DNA of 64,000 nucleotides, taken from positions 29,140,001 to 29,204,000 of the forward strand of contig NC_043001.1 of assembly GCF_006345805.1 (NCBI RefSeq), written 5' to 3'. The translations under genes were made by a program, and so were the position numbers. The notes beneath the pieces were generated by a model that had not been told where the DNA came from, made no database searches, and worked only from the letters and a program-made list of their open reading frames with translations. Positions 25,280 to 38,473 of this stretch are shown in pieces. This DNA is from Octopus sinensis (lineage: Eukaryota). Positions within the stretch are counted from its first letter, which is position 1, and each line of letters opens with the position of its first letter.

Positions 25280-25645
25280 TTTACTTGTTTCAGTCATTTG
25301 ACTGTGGCCATGCTGGAGCATCGCCTTTAGTCGAGCAAATCAACCCCAGGACATATTCTTTGTAAGCCTAGTACTTATTCTATCGATCTCTTTTGCCGAA
25401 CCACTAAGTTACGGGGACATAAACACACCAGCATCGGTTGTCAAGTGATGTTGGGGGAACAAACATATATACACACATATATATGACAGACTTTTTTCAG
25501 TTTCCGTCTACCAAATCCACTCACAAGGCTTTGGTCAGCCTGAGGCTATAGCAGAAGACACTTGCCTAAGGTGCCATGCAGTGGGAATGAACCCAGAACC
25601 ATGTGGTTGGTAAGCAAGCTACTTACCACACAGCCACTCATGCAC
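25280..25645 (-). mobile_element. CORE-type SINE
   Basis: Reverse complement of the family consensus. Confidence 0.85.
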
Positions 25646-26014
25646 CTAAAGACTAAGATTTCAATAACATGACTGATTGTAATATTGGTTTCAAATTTTG
25701 GCACAAGGCCAGCAGTTTTAAGAGGAGGGCATAGTCGATTACACCAATCCCCCAGTGCTCCACTGGTACTTATTATACCAAACCCTGAAAGGATGAAAAG
25801 CAAAGTTGACTTCAGTGGGATTTGAACTCAGAACACAAAGACAAATGAAATGTCACTTAACACTTTGTCCATCATGCTAACAATTTTGCCAGTGTACCAC
25901 CTTACCTGATAGTAATATCAATTAAATTTTGATTTTGGGAGATTTTTGTTTTTGTCTCTGAGCTCTTAAAAATATTGTACCATTAATTTTTACCCATGTA
26001 TATCTATTGAATAG

Positions 26015-26206
26015 GCCGCCGATACTGAAGCAGATAACTTGGAAAGAAAGTACGATTCAAATGATGATGAAATGTTTAACAAAACACTGCGTACCCATTC
26101 AGATGCTGCTAGTCAAGTTGATATGTCCACATTTTCAAGAAATGGAGAGGTCTATCAGTTCACTACAAGCCATAACTCTTCCATGACGAACATGTCACAA
26201 ATTGAT
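26015..26206 (+). CDS. Probable host-gene exon (192 nt, phase 0-0; AADTEADNLERKYDSNDDEMF…MTNMSQID)
   Basis: AG acceptor at 26013-14, strong GAT|GTAAGT donor at 26207, stop-free 64 codons in non-repetitive DNA. No recognisable domain. Confidence 0.55.
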
Positions 26207-26472
26207 GTAAGTATTGCTATTAATTTAAAAATCAGTCTAAGTCTATACACAAGAACATAACATGGTATTTGGTGTTGATGGTTTCATCAGTTATAAGATT
26301 ATTCCTAAGATCCTTTGATTAGATTATTCCCAAGGTGCAAGAATAACATGTTATAACCACTTTGTTGTAGTCTCATCAGATGTGTTTGCATCACTTGACC
26401 TTCGAATGACATACTCCCACACACGTATACAAATGCATGCACATACACACACACAAATGTACAGGCACATAC

Positions 26473-26660
26473 AGGGAGAGTTTACAAAAAAAACAAAAGA
26501 CGAAGACAGGTGGTGTACAAAACAAACAGATGTATTAGTATAACGCTCAGGAATAGAAAAAGTCTTTTACGTTTCGAGCCTACGCTCTTCTACAGAAAGG
26601 GACACAGAAAAAACAAGGAGAGAAAAATGTGTGTAGTGGCTAATGATCTATCATGGCGAC
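26473..26660 (-). mobile_element. Second copy of the hammerhead-bearing mini-element (variant at 26564-26599)
   Basis: Same minus-strand 3' end (…AAACTCTCCCT) as 10809 with a longer 5' end. The ribozyme-like motif is identical to 10904-10939. Confidence 0.7.
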
Positions 26661-27204
26661 ATACATATATGTATGAATGAATTTTCACCAGTTTCACCAA
26701 TAAGTATCCAGTTGTTTGATCAACTGAAGTACTTCTTCATTGAATTAGCATCAAAGTGGTTGAACATTCTACAGACTCATGTCACCATTAATGTAATTCT
26801 CAGGCAAAATCAATATAACCAAGCATTTTACATGAAAACACAACATCCTATCAATATACAAAGCTACTATGTACATCCTGTGCTTATAGGCATTGAATGT
26901 ACTTGCTTTTTCATTAATTACTACACTCTCAATATTGTCTTAGAGAGTGGATGGAAAAGACAGCTGAAGCAGTGTGACAGCCAATTGACAAGTGTAAGCC
27001 AATCTGTATATTACAGGGAAATTTGGATTGGATAATTTATATGTTCAAAATAAAATATCAGTCATATATTGTGGTTGATGTAATCAGCTAATCCCAGTCT
27101 CTAAAATGACTGGCTTTGTGCTTAAATTAGAAACAATTATTAACCTTTACCATCACCTCTCTTTTTTCAGCACAGATCATAATTACCTTAGTTCATTTCA
27201 TTAT

Positions 27205-27216
27205 TCTATCTATCTA

Positions 27217-27275
<59 letters not shown>

Positions 27276-27282
27276 ATCTATC

Positions 27283-27370
<88 letters not shown>

Positions 27371-27371
27371 A

Positions 27372-27430
<59 letters not shown>

Positions 27431-27450
27431 ATCAATCTCTCTCTCTCTAT
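27205..27450. repeat. (TATC)n microsatellite
   Basis: Direct reading. Similar arrays occur at 55150-55310, 58580-58800 and 59630-59850. Confidence 0.95.
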
Positions 27451-27619
27451 CTATGTAAACACAGTTTCACTTGATCCAACTCTCCCTCTTTCTCCCTCTC
27501 TTTCATGCTCATTTATTATTGTCACTTATTCATTCATTTGTCTCATTTTGTCACAGTTTGGCTGACCAAACATTCTTGGTTATAGCTCTAGTTACAAAAT
27601 CCAAATGCCCAATTCTATC

Positions 27620-28920
27620 TCATTATTATCATCAATATTCTCTCACACCAGCAGCCTGAGTTTTTCCTGTTTCAAAGTGCACCTGCCTTTCCCACCCTCA
27701 CCACCTGTACCGGAAGTCTCTATCCTCTGACCTCTACCGGGCGTCTTTCCCATGAACACTTCCAAAGGCTTAATGTTCCCCCATCCCTACTTAGGGTTTA
27801 TCTCCTATGTAATGTAGTGATAATGTAGTGCATGAAAATGATGGTGCAGTGTATGCAGGTTGAAGGCTATTGTATATTTATGAATTCTGCCAAATGCAAG
27901 CTTTCTTTTCAGGTACATGATACTGCTGTCTCCCATCCCAGGGTCTCTTGGGCCCACACTTCCCACACCCTCAGAGTTAGCACACTTGATGTTGGCAGAC
28001 TGAAAGGTAGGTCTGGTGAGATTGTTGAGATGCTTGAACAGAGACATGTAGATTTGTGCTGCATCCAAGAAGTAAGGTGGAGAGGAAGTTTTGCTAGGTT
28101 CCTCACAGGCAAAAAACATAGATATAAGATTTTCTGGGCAGGGAACATTGACAGGGTCGGGGGCATTGGTATACCTCTTGCAGAGAAATGGGCTGATAAG
28201 GTAATCAAGGTAGTCAGAGTCTGTACTAGAATACTTAAAATTAGATTAGTGCTGCAACATGGGTTAACAGCCATTATGTTGGTTTATGCCCCTCAACTGG
28301 GGCTACCTGATGAACAGAATGACCGATTTTAGGGCACCTTCTTGCCATTTGGGAAAAGTAACAGGTATGGAAGGACTGGAAGAATGGTAGTAACAGGGAT
28401 TTGTATCAAACTGTCAGAAGGGAAGCTAGAAGATAGGTTTATTTAGCCAGAGGGGAAGCAGCAAAGAAAAAATTTGCCAATGTTCTGTGTCAATGCCAGT
28501 GCCGGCTGACTGGTTCTGTGCTAGTGGCACGTAAAAATCACCATTTGAGTGTGGTCATTGCCAGTGCCACTTAACTGGCTCACATGCCGGCAGCACGTAA
28601 AAAGCACTATTCAAGCCTGGTCAATGCCAGTGCCGCCTGACTGGCCCTCATGCTGGTGTCACATAAAAAGCACCCACTACACACTCAGAGTGGTTGGCAT
28701 TGGGAAGGGCATCCAGCTGTAGAAACTTTGCCAGATTGATGGGAGCTTGGTGCACCCTTCTGGCTTACTTGCCCCCAGTCAAACTGTCCATCCCATGGCA
28801 GCGTGGAAAGTGGACGTTAAACGCTGACAACGATGATGATGATGATGATGATGATGATGATACTACTGGTGAATCATGTCACCATACAAGTTTTCTCCCC
28901 TCTCAGTGCAACATAAATAC
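27620..28920 (+). mobile_element. Internally deleted RTE LINE (5' region, APE endonuclease N-terminus, linker fragment, 3' tail)
   Basis: ORF 27832-28332 TLDVGRLKGRSGEIVEMLEQRHVDLCCIQEVRWRG, jumping to the linker WKDWKNGSNRDLYQ, then subrepeats and the (GAT)n tail. Confidence 0.8.
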
Positions 28921-29465
28921 ACCTGCAGCTACAGAAGAGAAAACCCATACAGTAGTATGATTTGTCTAAGCATGCTAAAGTCGGACTAGCTAAACCATTA
29001 GTGCATGGGACAAAATGCCTTGTATTTATTCTGTCATTTTATGTTCTGAGTTCAAATCCAGCCTAGGTCAACCTTACTTTTCATTCTTTGGAAGTCAATC
29101 AAATAAAATACATGTCTAATACTGGGTTTGATGGTATCTATTAATTCCTTGACCCACATTTCAATCCTTGTGCCTAAATTAAAAAACAATTTTCATTCAA
29201 TGGCATTATTTTTGTTGTGTGAGTGCCTTGGGTATTTATTTAGTTTTGGCTTTGTTGTTTCTTTTCTTTTGAATATCCTTTATGAGTATGGTGTCAAGTA
29301 ATGCTATTTTCTGTGTGTTGTGCATATTTGTAAGTCCTGAATTTTTATCATTAACAAGGCACCAATTATTAAAGGATTGATTCTGTTTTTTGGCATCCCT
29401 ATAAGGGTCATCTTTATTTCCAGATCTTTATAGTTTCAATAATTTCTACATTTCTTTTCAAAATA

Positions 29466-30748
29466 TCAGGTCATCCCATAAGTTCTGTCTGAATTTTGAA
29501 TAAAGAAAAGTGGTCAAATGTTATATTGAATTGAAATTTAATCATCAATGTACTTTTCCTGATTATCTATGACTTCCTTCCATCTATTTACAAACTTTTT
29601 AATCCCATCAATGTAAAACTCTTTTGGTTTCAAAGTGAAGAACTCTGAAATGTCAGTTTCGACCTCCTCCTGGCTTGTGAAAGTTATCTCCCCCAAATGA
29701 TTCTGTAAACTACGAAACAAATGATAGCCTGAAGGAGCAAGGTCAGGAGAATATGGTGGATGAGGAATTTTTTCCCAATCAAGCTCTTCGATCTTCTGTG
29801 ACGTGATCTTTGTAGTGTGGGGTTGCGCATTGTCCTGATGATATATCACTCCTTTTCGATTCACTAAAGTGGGTCTTTTTCTTCAAAGCTTGGTTCAAAT
29901 GCTCTAATTACTGACAGTAGACTTGAGCATTGATTGTTGCATTAGGTGGTAACAATTCAAAGTGAATTACTCCTTTGCAATCCCACCAGATAGAGAGAAG
30001 AATCTTTTTTCCATGAAGTTTCCTTCTTGGTTGTGGTTGAGCTTTTTCTCTTTTACCAAGCCACTGTTTACGACGTTTAACACTTTGATAGAAGGTCCAT
30101 TTTTCATCACCAGTTACAAGTCTATCCAAAAAGGGTGAAATGAGTTTGTGAGAATGGAGAGAAGAGCAGATGTCAACTCGGGATTTGCAGTTGCTTTTGG
30201 ACAATTCATGAGGCACCCATTTTCCAAGTTTAGGAACCTTTCCAAACTGTTGAAGATGATGATGAACAGTTGCATGGTTTGAACTAAGCTTTATTGCCAA
30301 TTCTTCAACTGATAATGCAGGAATTTCTTCAAGTAATGCCTCAAGGAGCTTATCATCAAACTCAACTGGACGTCCTGTTTGATCTTCATCTTTAAGGCTG
30401 AAATCTCCACTTCTGAATTTTGCAAAACATCTTCTGCAAGTTCTTTCATTCAAGCATTCTTTCCCATAAACTGCGTGTATGTTTCGAGTTGCTTTGGGTG
30501 CAGAGTTTCCTTTTTTGTACTCATAAAGCATTATGTGCCTTAAATGCTCTTTGGGTACTTCCATGTTAAAAAGGGTTTTAATCAAAGAAATTTTACTTCT
30601 ATTATTCTGTAAAACAATATTTAATTAGTTTAAATGTACACAAATGCATAAAAATAATTTCTAATTCCATTAGACATTCTAAAATACTATTAAATTTCAG
30701 TCAATTTAAAAAAAGGTAAAATCAGACAGAACTTATGGGATGACCTGA
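29466..30748 (-). mobile_element. Full-length mariner (Tc1/mariner) transposon, 1283 bp
   Basis: TIR TCAGGTCATCCCATAAGTTCTGTCTGA / TCAGACAGAACTTATGGGATGACCTGA; TA at 29464-65 and 30749-50. Confidence 0.95.
29538..30564 (-). pseudogene. Mariner DD34D transposase pseudogene
   Basis: WVPHEL, TGDEKW, HQDNAQPH and YSPDLAPSGYHLF motifs (third catalytic D replaced by G). Stop at ~29908 and a 1-nt frameshift at ~29880. Confidence 0.92.
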
Positions 30749-30754
30749 TATCTT

Positions 30755-31500
30755 ATCATCTGTTGAGACTTAGAATTTGATAAGGAGGAATTTATTTTTT
30801 TTGATACTGCTTGACAACTATTCCTGGTCAATTAGCTTTCAGATCTCTGCTTGCATAAATAGGCACATCCCTGTATGTGGTTGCTTCTCATTCTCCAAGA
30901 ACTTTTCTCATATATGCTTATAACATCTTTTTTTTTGTTTCTGATATTTTTGTTGGTAATGGCATAATTTTCAATTAAAATAAGTTTCAACTCTGCTGCA
31001 TCTGTAGATACAGCATTTCTTATTTAAGACTGAACAGCTAGAAACAAAGTGATTGTTTCTTTATTCACATATATTCTATAGTTTCTTAATATATCACATG
31101 CTTTTGGTGGTTTCTGGTGGGGCAGGCTTCAGTTTTATGTCATACTTTAAAACACATCAGTCTCAGCCTAGCCTTATCCTATTCAACCTTTTCTAGTATT
31201 GACCATGTTGAGGCTTTTGTGTTTTCACTTTGTCATGGCATTCCATAGAGACATTTTTCTTTGGGGATTTCCTTCTTCAGTCATTTCAACTTCTGTATTG
31301 TATTTATTGGTTTCTTTGAAGATGGAAAAACAGCTTTTCATTTTGTTTGTGTTTTGCATCTCTATGTATTAACTGTATTCTTTTTTAGATATTTTTGCTG
31401 TCCTACAGCAGATATTTTAAGATAGCTTTTCAGCTGTATAAAGCCCTTTTACATTTGGTAAATATATTTCTATAACAGATCTTGGGTGGTGCACTCTTAA
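30755..31500 (-). mobile_element. R4/Dong-clade LINE remnant 1 (C-terminal, highly decayed)
   Basis: Minus translation fragments HPRSVIE…, ETI..VSSCSVL, DLKAN*PGIVV…FLLI resemble the CCHC and PD-(D/E) restriction-like endonuclease region. Confidence 0.5.
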
Positions 31501-32094
31501 TCTTTACTTGTTTTCTCTTTTTGTTCATTCCTGCTTATTCACTAAACATCCAGTTAAAAATAGTGTAGCTAAAACTTATAATTGGAGTAGCTAAAGCATT
31601 GTTGCCTATTAGCATATTAATTATTTATTTGTTTATTTGTTTTAAGCATTAATTTTTATGTATCAATAATATTCCTTTTTAACCTTTTCGTTTGTTTTTG
31701 TGTGTAGGACATTGTCTAGTTTATTGATTTCTAAACATTAGTATGTCTGTGTTTTATCTAATTCTCTTATCTAAATTTATTTATTTAACATGACATTGAT
31801 GTTTTTTAAATTCATTTTTCTCTCTTCAAGTTTACCTTAGCACATTTTTTCTAATTTGAGTCTCAAATCAATTTCTCTGGTTAACCCATGTATTGTATGC
31901 AACACCATTAAAAAGATTGAAGTTTTATTCCAACCAAAGCCTGGGAAAGAACATACTCAAGATTTAAATAAACCACTCACATGGGTCAGGTCATTTAAAA
32001 ATCTTAGAAGAACAGTAAACTTTAAAAGTACTCTTGATGATGAAATCAATCTTAAGATATCTAAGTCTACATCAAAACAGTATGATTACCAAGA

Positions 32095-34085
32095 CAATTA
32101 TCATTATTATCACATGTCTCAGAACGATTGTATGTCGATATCTTTTGATCAGGAGTGGGTCATAACAGTCATAATTAATGACCATGGGTCGTGTCAAATT
32201 TCTCGTTCCAATTACATTGACATAACCCTTCTCAAAATCTTGGCTGTTCCAAGTAGTGTTGTTTTCTGGAGAAGCTCAGTCTTGATAATGAGCCCAAGCT
32301 TGCCAAGCCACATCTGAAATTGGTTTGCACAATTCTGAAATTGGTTTGTTACGGTTCCAAGTGTCCCTATCACAACAGGTATAACTTACAATTTCCTCCG
32401 TTCCCATAGACGTGCTATCTCATGCTTCAAATCTTGGTACCAATCCACTTTGTCCTTCTCTACCATGCTGATATCTCCTGGAATAGCAATGTCAATAATC
32501 CAGCAATGTCTTCTTTCTCAATCAGGATCAAATCAGGTCTTCTTGCTTCAATCACATTGTCACATTGTGCATTGAAATCCCATAGCAATTTCCCCATATT
32601 GTTTTCCATTACAATAGGTAATGGAAAACATTATCAGCTCATTCCAAGTTGTATTTTCTACATAAAACCCAACATACAATTCAAGCAACATTGTCATCTC
32701 TTGTACTCCTGCAGTGCTAAAGCACTACATTCACACACATTGTGACTTGTGGTTTCTCCAAACTTCCCACACATTCTACACAATGGCAATTCAATCATTT
32801 CGTTGTTGTGGAAGTTTATATAGTTAGTTCTTAATGCTTGCTCTTAAGCAGCACAAATAAGAGCTTCTCCACCTGTTTTCAAATTTCCCTTACTCATTCA
32901 GGCCCTTCCCAAAATCAGAGTCTTTATCCATATTTCTGAGGATCTGACTGTGCATCACCTTGTCTTTTAACCCTGCAGTCTTCTTTTCAGCTTCATCTTT
33001 CTTGAACTTTTCTTTGTTGGTACATAACTCAGTTTCTATGATCCCAGCTAATTTAACTCCCATGAGTAATGGTTCTGTGCTGTTTCGAATATACCAACCA
33101 ATACTATTTCATCCACCTTTTGTGCAATCTTCACAGTCTATCATACCTCTTCCTGCACTTTTTTGTGGTAAGTATATCCTATGCCCATCACTTTTAGGAT
33201 GTAAAACTCCATACATTGCCATGTTCTTCCTCTTTTCTTCGTCAATCTGGTTTATCTCTTCTTTTGACCATTTAAGTAGGCTCACTCCTTGTCATAGTAC
33301 TGATACAGCACAAATGTTTATGACAGTTGATTTATTTCTTCCAGTTGATTTTGATTTGAGAACCAAATACAATCATCTCATGTACTCTTTTTTGTGTAAA
33401 ATTTTCATCTCATTTTCTTTTATTCTGTCAGTCACCATGATCCAATCCCTTCAATGTCCCTCATGACACTTCCATCTGATAGCTCCATACCTTCAGTTCT
33501 CATCACCTTTCTTCTTTGAAGTATTAGAACTTAACATTTCTTTATCCTTAACTCCATTCCTATGTCCTTACTGAACAAGTGTGCTCTTTTGATCAATGAG
33601 TCTACTTTTGCCTGATCCTATCCAAACAATTTCAGATCATCCATAAATAACAAATGGTTGACTTTAGGGCTTAGTTGTCTTCACTTACGACCAATGTCAA
33701 CCTTTCTCAGCAAAAAGACTAAAGAATCAGGCATCAGGCACAGGACAAATAAAAATGGTCATTAGCTTTTGCCCAGAACCACCAGTCCTCTTGATTGTGA
33801 CCTCCAGGTACTTTACCACATAATGTAGCACTGTATCACTATCCTGTTTTCTTTGCTGGTCCACTTCCTCCTCCTTGCTCTATTATTTGTTGATGCTGTA
33901 TTAAGATGACAGCTGTGTTCAGTCAGCATCTTTACTGATCCACTGCCGAGTGAGAGGCCTTCCCTTAAAGGTCCAGCTTCATTTTCGCTGTTACAATCAG
34001 AGTTCTTTGGAAATTCCTGTCTCTCATAAACTGAAGTAAGGTAATGTTCATCACCACTATTATTTTTCAACATCTGAAAGTTTCA
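32095..34085 (-). mobile_element. R4/Dong-clade LINE remnant 2 (N-terminus, RT FMDD, CCHC, RLE; internally deleted)
   Basis: RRRKWTSKENRIVIQCY (33813-34073), NHLLFMDDLKLFG (~33630-33665), RMCGKFGETTSH…ECSAL, LLWDF…RRPDLILIEK…DIAIPGD, VIPVVIGTLG, LLGTAKILRRV. Confidence 0.85.
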
Positions 34086-34749
34086 AGCAACTTTCTATTG
34101 CATAATTTGTTGCACCTGTGTGCTGGCAGGCTGGTGTGTGCTGCATTTTTTTTTTTTTTTGTAGGGGGAGGATGATTTTGTATTGTATCAGTACGTTATG
34201 CTCTTCTAAGAAGGCTGAATCAATAGAGATTCTAACAATCCAAGGGGCTTTTTCTTCTGCCCAAATTTTACTTCAGAATTCTTGCACTTCTTCAGATGGG
34301 ACAGTTTTTACTGTAACTGATATTTAACTATCTTCTTATAAAAATATTCTGAATTATTTTTAAACATGTCCTTGAAGAACCTGGCATGCTTTCCATACTG
34401 TACAATGCTGGCAGGTTTAGCAAATACCTTTTGCTTGATAGTTTATATAGTGGCATCGATGTCAAGTATGAACTTCATATACTTTTTCTTTAATTTTCAT
34501 ATTTTTAGATCAAGATTGGAGCCTGGTGCAGCCATCTGGTTCGCCAGCCCTCAGTCAAAATCGTCCAACCCATGCTAGCATGGAAAGTAGACGTTAAACG
34601 ATGTTGATGATGATGATGATGATGATGATTTTACTGATTTGATATTCTTTTTAGACTTAGAGTTTTTTAAACATTCTATGCCAGACCTAAGTATGTGAAT
34701 TTGTTGTTGGATTTTCTCTTACCAACTAGACTTTTTAAGTAATGTTTAC

Positions 34750-34965
34750 ATTTTCTATTTACATGCGCCAATTAATTCTGTGAGAGCAGATAGCAACCTA
34801 TTGTCAAAGGTCACAAAGTCCCTTTCCATGATACTTAACACTCAAGTACCAATCTCAAAATCCCTGCTGTCCCCAACAGAGCAGTATTTTGAAAATGTTC
34901 TACAATTTCTCCAATATATTTCTCAATCCTGGTTGTTAGTGCTCCCAGTGCCCCTACAGCTACTG
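34750..34965 (-). mobile_element. R4/Dong-clade LINE remnant 3 (extreme C-terminus)
   Basis: Minus translation PVAVGALGALTTRIEKYIG…QNTALLGTAGILRLVLEC*. Confidence 0.7.
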
Positions 34966-35287
34966 GGATGACAGTTAATCAATTGTTATTATTATTATTA
35001 CTATTATAGCTGGCAGAATCGTTAGCACACCAAACGTAATGCTTAGTGGCATTTTGTCAGTCTTTACATTCTGAATTCAAATTCCCCCGTAGTCAACATT
35101 GCCTTTCATCCTTTCAGGGTCAATTAAATAAGTACCGGTTGAGCAGTGGGGTCAATTTAATCAGCTTATACTCACACCAGAAATTACTGGCCTTGTACCA
35201 AAATTTGAAAACATTATTATCAATATTATTATTAATATTATTATTATTATCATCATCATCATCATCATCATCATCATTATTATTATT

Positions 35288-35331
<44 letters not shown>

Positions 35332-35349
35332 TATTATTGCTATTATTAT

Positions 35350-36850
35350 AGACGTTGCACAGTATACAATATAGTGAGGTTGTTGATTGAAGATATTGTG
35401 TCTACCGGGGTCTTGTACTGTTTATCAAGTCACAACAAGGACAGACAATACCTTATGCGATATGTGTGCAGTACCAAGTAATGCCGACTTTTGCTATACA
35501 TTTAGATTGTACGGTATTTTTAAGATGTTTAGATGTTTTTTTCAGATTAGCTGGTATTGAACCCAATGCTCTGATGACAATAGAGATAACCTTTATGTTT
35601 GACTCTCAAAGCTGCTTCATCTTAGCGATCTCAATTCTCACATCTCCATATTTATCAACTTTTTCTCTTTCTTTCATGATGATATGTTCATCTGGCACTG
35701 CTACATCGATTATTAGGCACTCTTGTTTGTCCCTTCTAAAGGTTACTATATCCAGCCTTCAGTGCTCTAATACTTTGTCTATCTGAAAATCAAAGACTCA
35801 GAGGATTTTTGCCTTCCCCCTTTCGTCCATTATCTTTTCTGGTATATGTTGGTACCAAGCACCCGTAACCTCATATCCACACTTACAGCATAGTATCCAG
35901 TGGAGGTTCGGACTACTTTGTCATGGCTGTGCTTGTCCCCTTTCTGTGCAAGACTTTCACAAGCACTAACAATAAGTCACACTTTCAACCCTCTTCCCAT
36001 ACATTCTGCAGAGGTCCGATGCACTTGTGTGGTATATATTCTTTTTCACTGAGTTGGTATTCAATACCTGGTCCTGGGCTGCAATGATTAGGCTTTCAGT
36101 ATTCTTTTTTAGGTCACCCTTATCGAGCCACCTTCATGTTGCTTCCTAATCTTTTAATTTGTTGGTTTCACAGTGGAACTGACCATATAATTCCATATGG
36201 AATAGGCAATTCATTATCTAGTTGGTTCATTTCCCCTGCTTGTCTGACCACCACAGTATCAGGGTTCACTGTATAACATTCCTGTTCCTCATTCTTAACA
36301 GTCTCATCACCATTTCCCTGTTCCTCCTGTCTACTCTTCTCCCTGCTTTCAACTCCTACCTCTTTGTTTTCAGCTCCAACCATCCTTTGTATCCCATCAA
36401 CAGGGTCTCTCAGACTCTCACTAATCCAAGATATTTTACTCCAGTTAAGCAACCCTTCTTCCTAATCACTCTCACTTGGTTCATTAGTTTATTTTCTGAC
36501 ATTAGACACATGTCCTTTTCCATCCAAAATTTCTAAGTACCTCAGCCTACTCTGTGACTTCTTTCCAGCTTTGCTCTTTCATCACATTCAATAAGTGTGT
36601 CGTACTCTTCCTTTGTCTACTTACGTCTGTTTTTGTGCACACCATGTATGTGATCTGTGGTGACATCATGACTGTCCGAGACCAGATCACTGCTCCTGAT
36701 ATGGGTGGTTTCGGACATGCCAGGCAAGAATCCTTCATCATAATCGGCTATAGCTCCATTCTCACTGTTAATTCTTCCCTTGTTGTGTTGCATCATGATT
36801 TCACGAGTCATTTGTGGGGTTCCCATGAGAGTTGTTGTTGAGATCCCATC
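35350..36850 (-). mobile_element. R4/Dong-clade LINE remnant 4 (N-terminus fused to RLE C-terminus; RT deleted)
   Basis: N-terminal MSENKLMNQVRVIRKKG; C-terminal KGDLKKNTESLIIAAQDQVLNTNSVKK…LCRM…; 3' end abuts a (TAA)n/(TGA)n tract at ~35220-35350. Confidence 0.8.
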
Positions 36851-36937
36851 TCTCTCTTTCTCTCTTTATTTGTATATACATGCGCACATGTGTGTACATA
36901 CACATATATATATAAATAATGTGCTTGCATTGAGATG

Positions 36938-36979
<42 letters not shown>

Positions 36980-37249
36980 TAGTTTTATTTTTATATCGTG
37001 CTTTCACTTCACTACTGAGCGCAGCTCTGTGTGCCTTGGGTATGTGCTGTGGTTTGTTGTGATGCGCTTACGATTACTGTATAGAAAGTGTTTTGCATAG
37101 GTTGTGTGCAGTGCCCAGTAGTGCAATTTTCTGCATGTTGTATATATTTGTAAGTCCTGGTGTTTTTGTTATGTATTTGTCTGAATATTTTTTTATCATA
37201 CCTAATGCACCTACTATGATAGGAATTGTTTATTATCATCATCATCATC

Positions 37250-37294
<45 letters not shown>

Positions 37295-37782
37295 GATTTT
37301 GTTGTTATTATTCAGATAATGGATTACAATAGTTACAACATCACAACTGTTAACCTCAGGAGTTGTAAACAGAAAATCTTAAAACCATACCTACGCCTGC
37401 TAAAACTGGTAAATTTCTTTTTTTACAATCAATATTTTTCACTTTTCTTTAGTTTTCTTCTCTTCCTTTTCCCTCAATAATTGTTTGCTCATCCTAAATC
37501 TATTGTGATTGAACAGATCTTTGAGTAGGTTTATGATTTAAGGTGTTCTGTCTATGACCATGCTGTCTTTATGTTTTTAGAACTATACCATAAGCACAGG
37601 CTTGGTCCATGTGATAAGAAGTTTACTTCCAAACCACATGGTTCCAGGTTCAGTCTCATTGCATGGCACCTTGGACAAATGTCTTCTACTGTAGACCCTG
37701 GCCAACCAAAGCCTTGTAAGTGGATTAAGTAGATAGAAACTATAAGAAACCCTTTCTGTATACACACACACACACACATATG

Positions 37783-37813
<31 letters not shown>

Positions 37814-38159
37814 ATATATATATATAAAATAATAATAATATGAGGGAATATTATTCCAAACTTACAGGGAAAAATTCAATTTAGAAATACTAAATCAAAT
37901 TTCACAAAATATAATATATATATATATAAATTAGGAAAAAAACCACCTTTTATCAATTCCATAATGAAAAATTAAATTATACCATCTTGAAAATTACATA
38001 TAAAATATTTTACAAATTACTTAATCATCATTTTATGTTTTATCTTATTTTTAATCTTTCTATATAATATGTAATTTTCTAGATGGTATAATTTAATTTT
38101 TCATTATTGAATTGATAAAAGGTGTTTTTTTTTCTAAGTTATATATATATATATATATC

Positions 38160-38450
38160 ACGTGATCACGTGACTGACCAGACCATCAGATGTTGTTACA
38201 CATCACTGGTCACAATGCATTCGCATTATTTTAGCCTTCGAATGACGCCACCCCGCTGGTTAAGTGAGCAGGCCAACAGAAGAAAGAGTGGTGAAAGAGT
38301 ACAGCAGGGATCACCACCCCCTGCCAGAGCGCCGTGGACCTTTTAGGTGTTTTCGCTCAATAAACACTCACAACACCCGGTCTGGGAATCGAAACCGCGA
38401 TCCTGCGACCACGAGTCCGCTGCCCTAACCACTGGTCCATTGCGCCTCCA
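38160..38450 (-). mobile_element. tRNA-derived SINE (GGAGGCGCAATGG head)
   Basis: A-box TGGACCAGTGG and B-box GGTTTCGATTCC. Head and core are shared with 52855-53232 but the 3' part differs. Confidence 0.8.
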
Positions 38451-38473
38451 CATATATATACACATATATATAT

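Noticed and set aside
26643-27035. 130-aa plus-strand ORF
   Set aside because: No recognisable motif or convincing splice boundaries; it starts in a repeat.
34780-34971. Plus-strand peptide YFENVLQFLQY with a faint peptidase-like look
   Set aside because: The opposite strand is clearly the R4 LINE C-terminus.
36700-36745. ATGATGA-AGGA…TCC-GAAA in the R4 5' region
   Set aside because: Core C3 is missing and no NUH/helix III can be formed.
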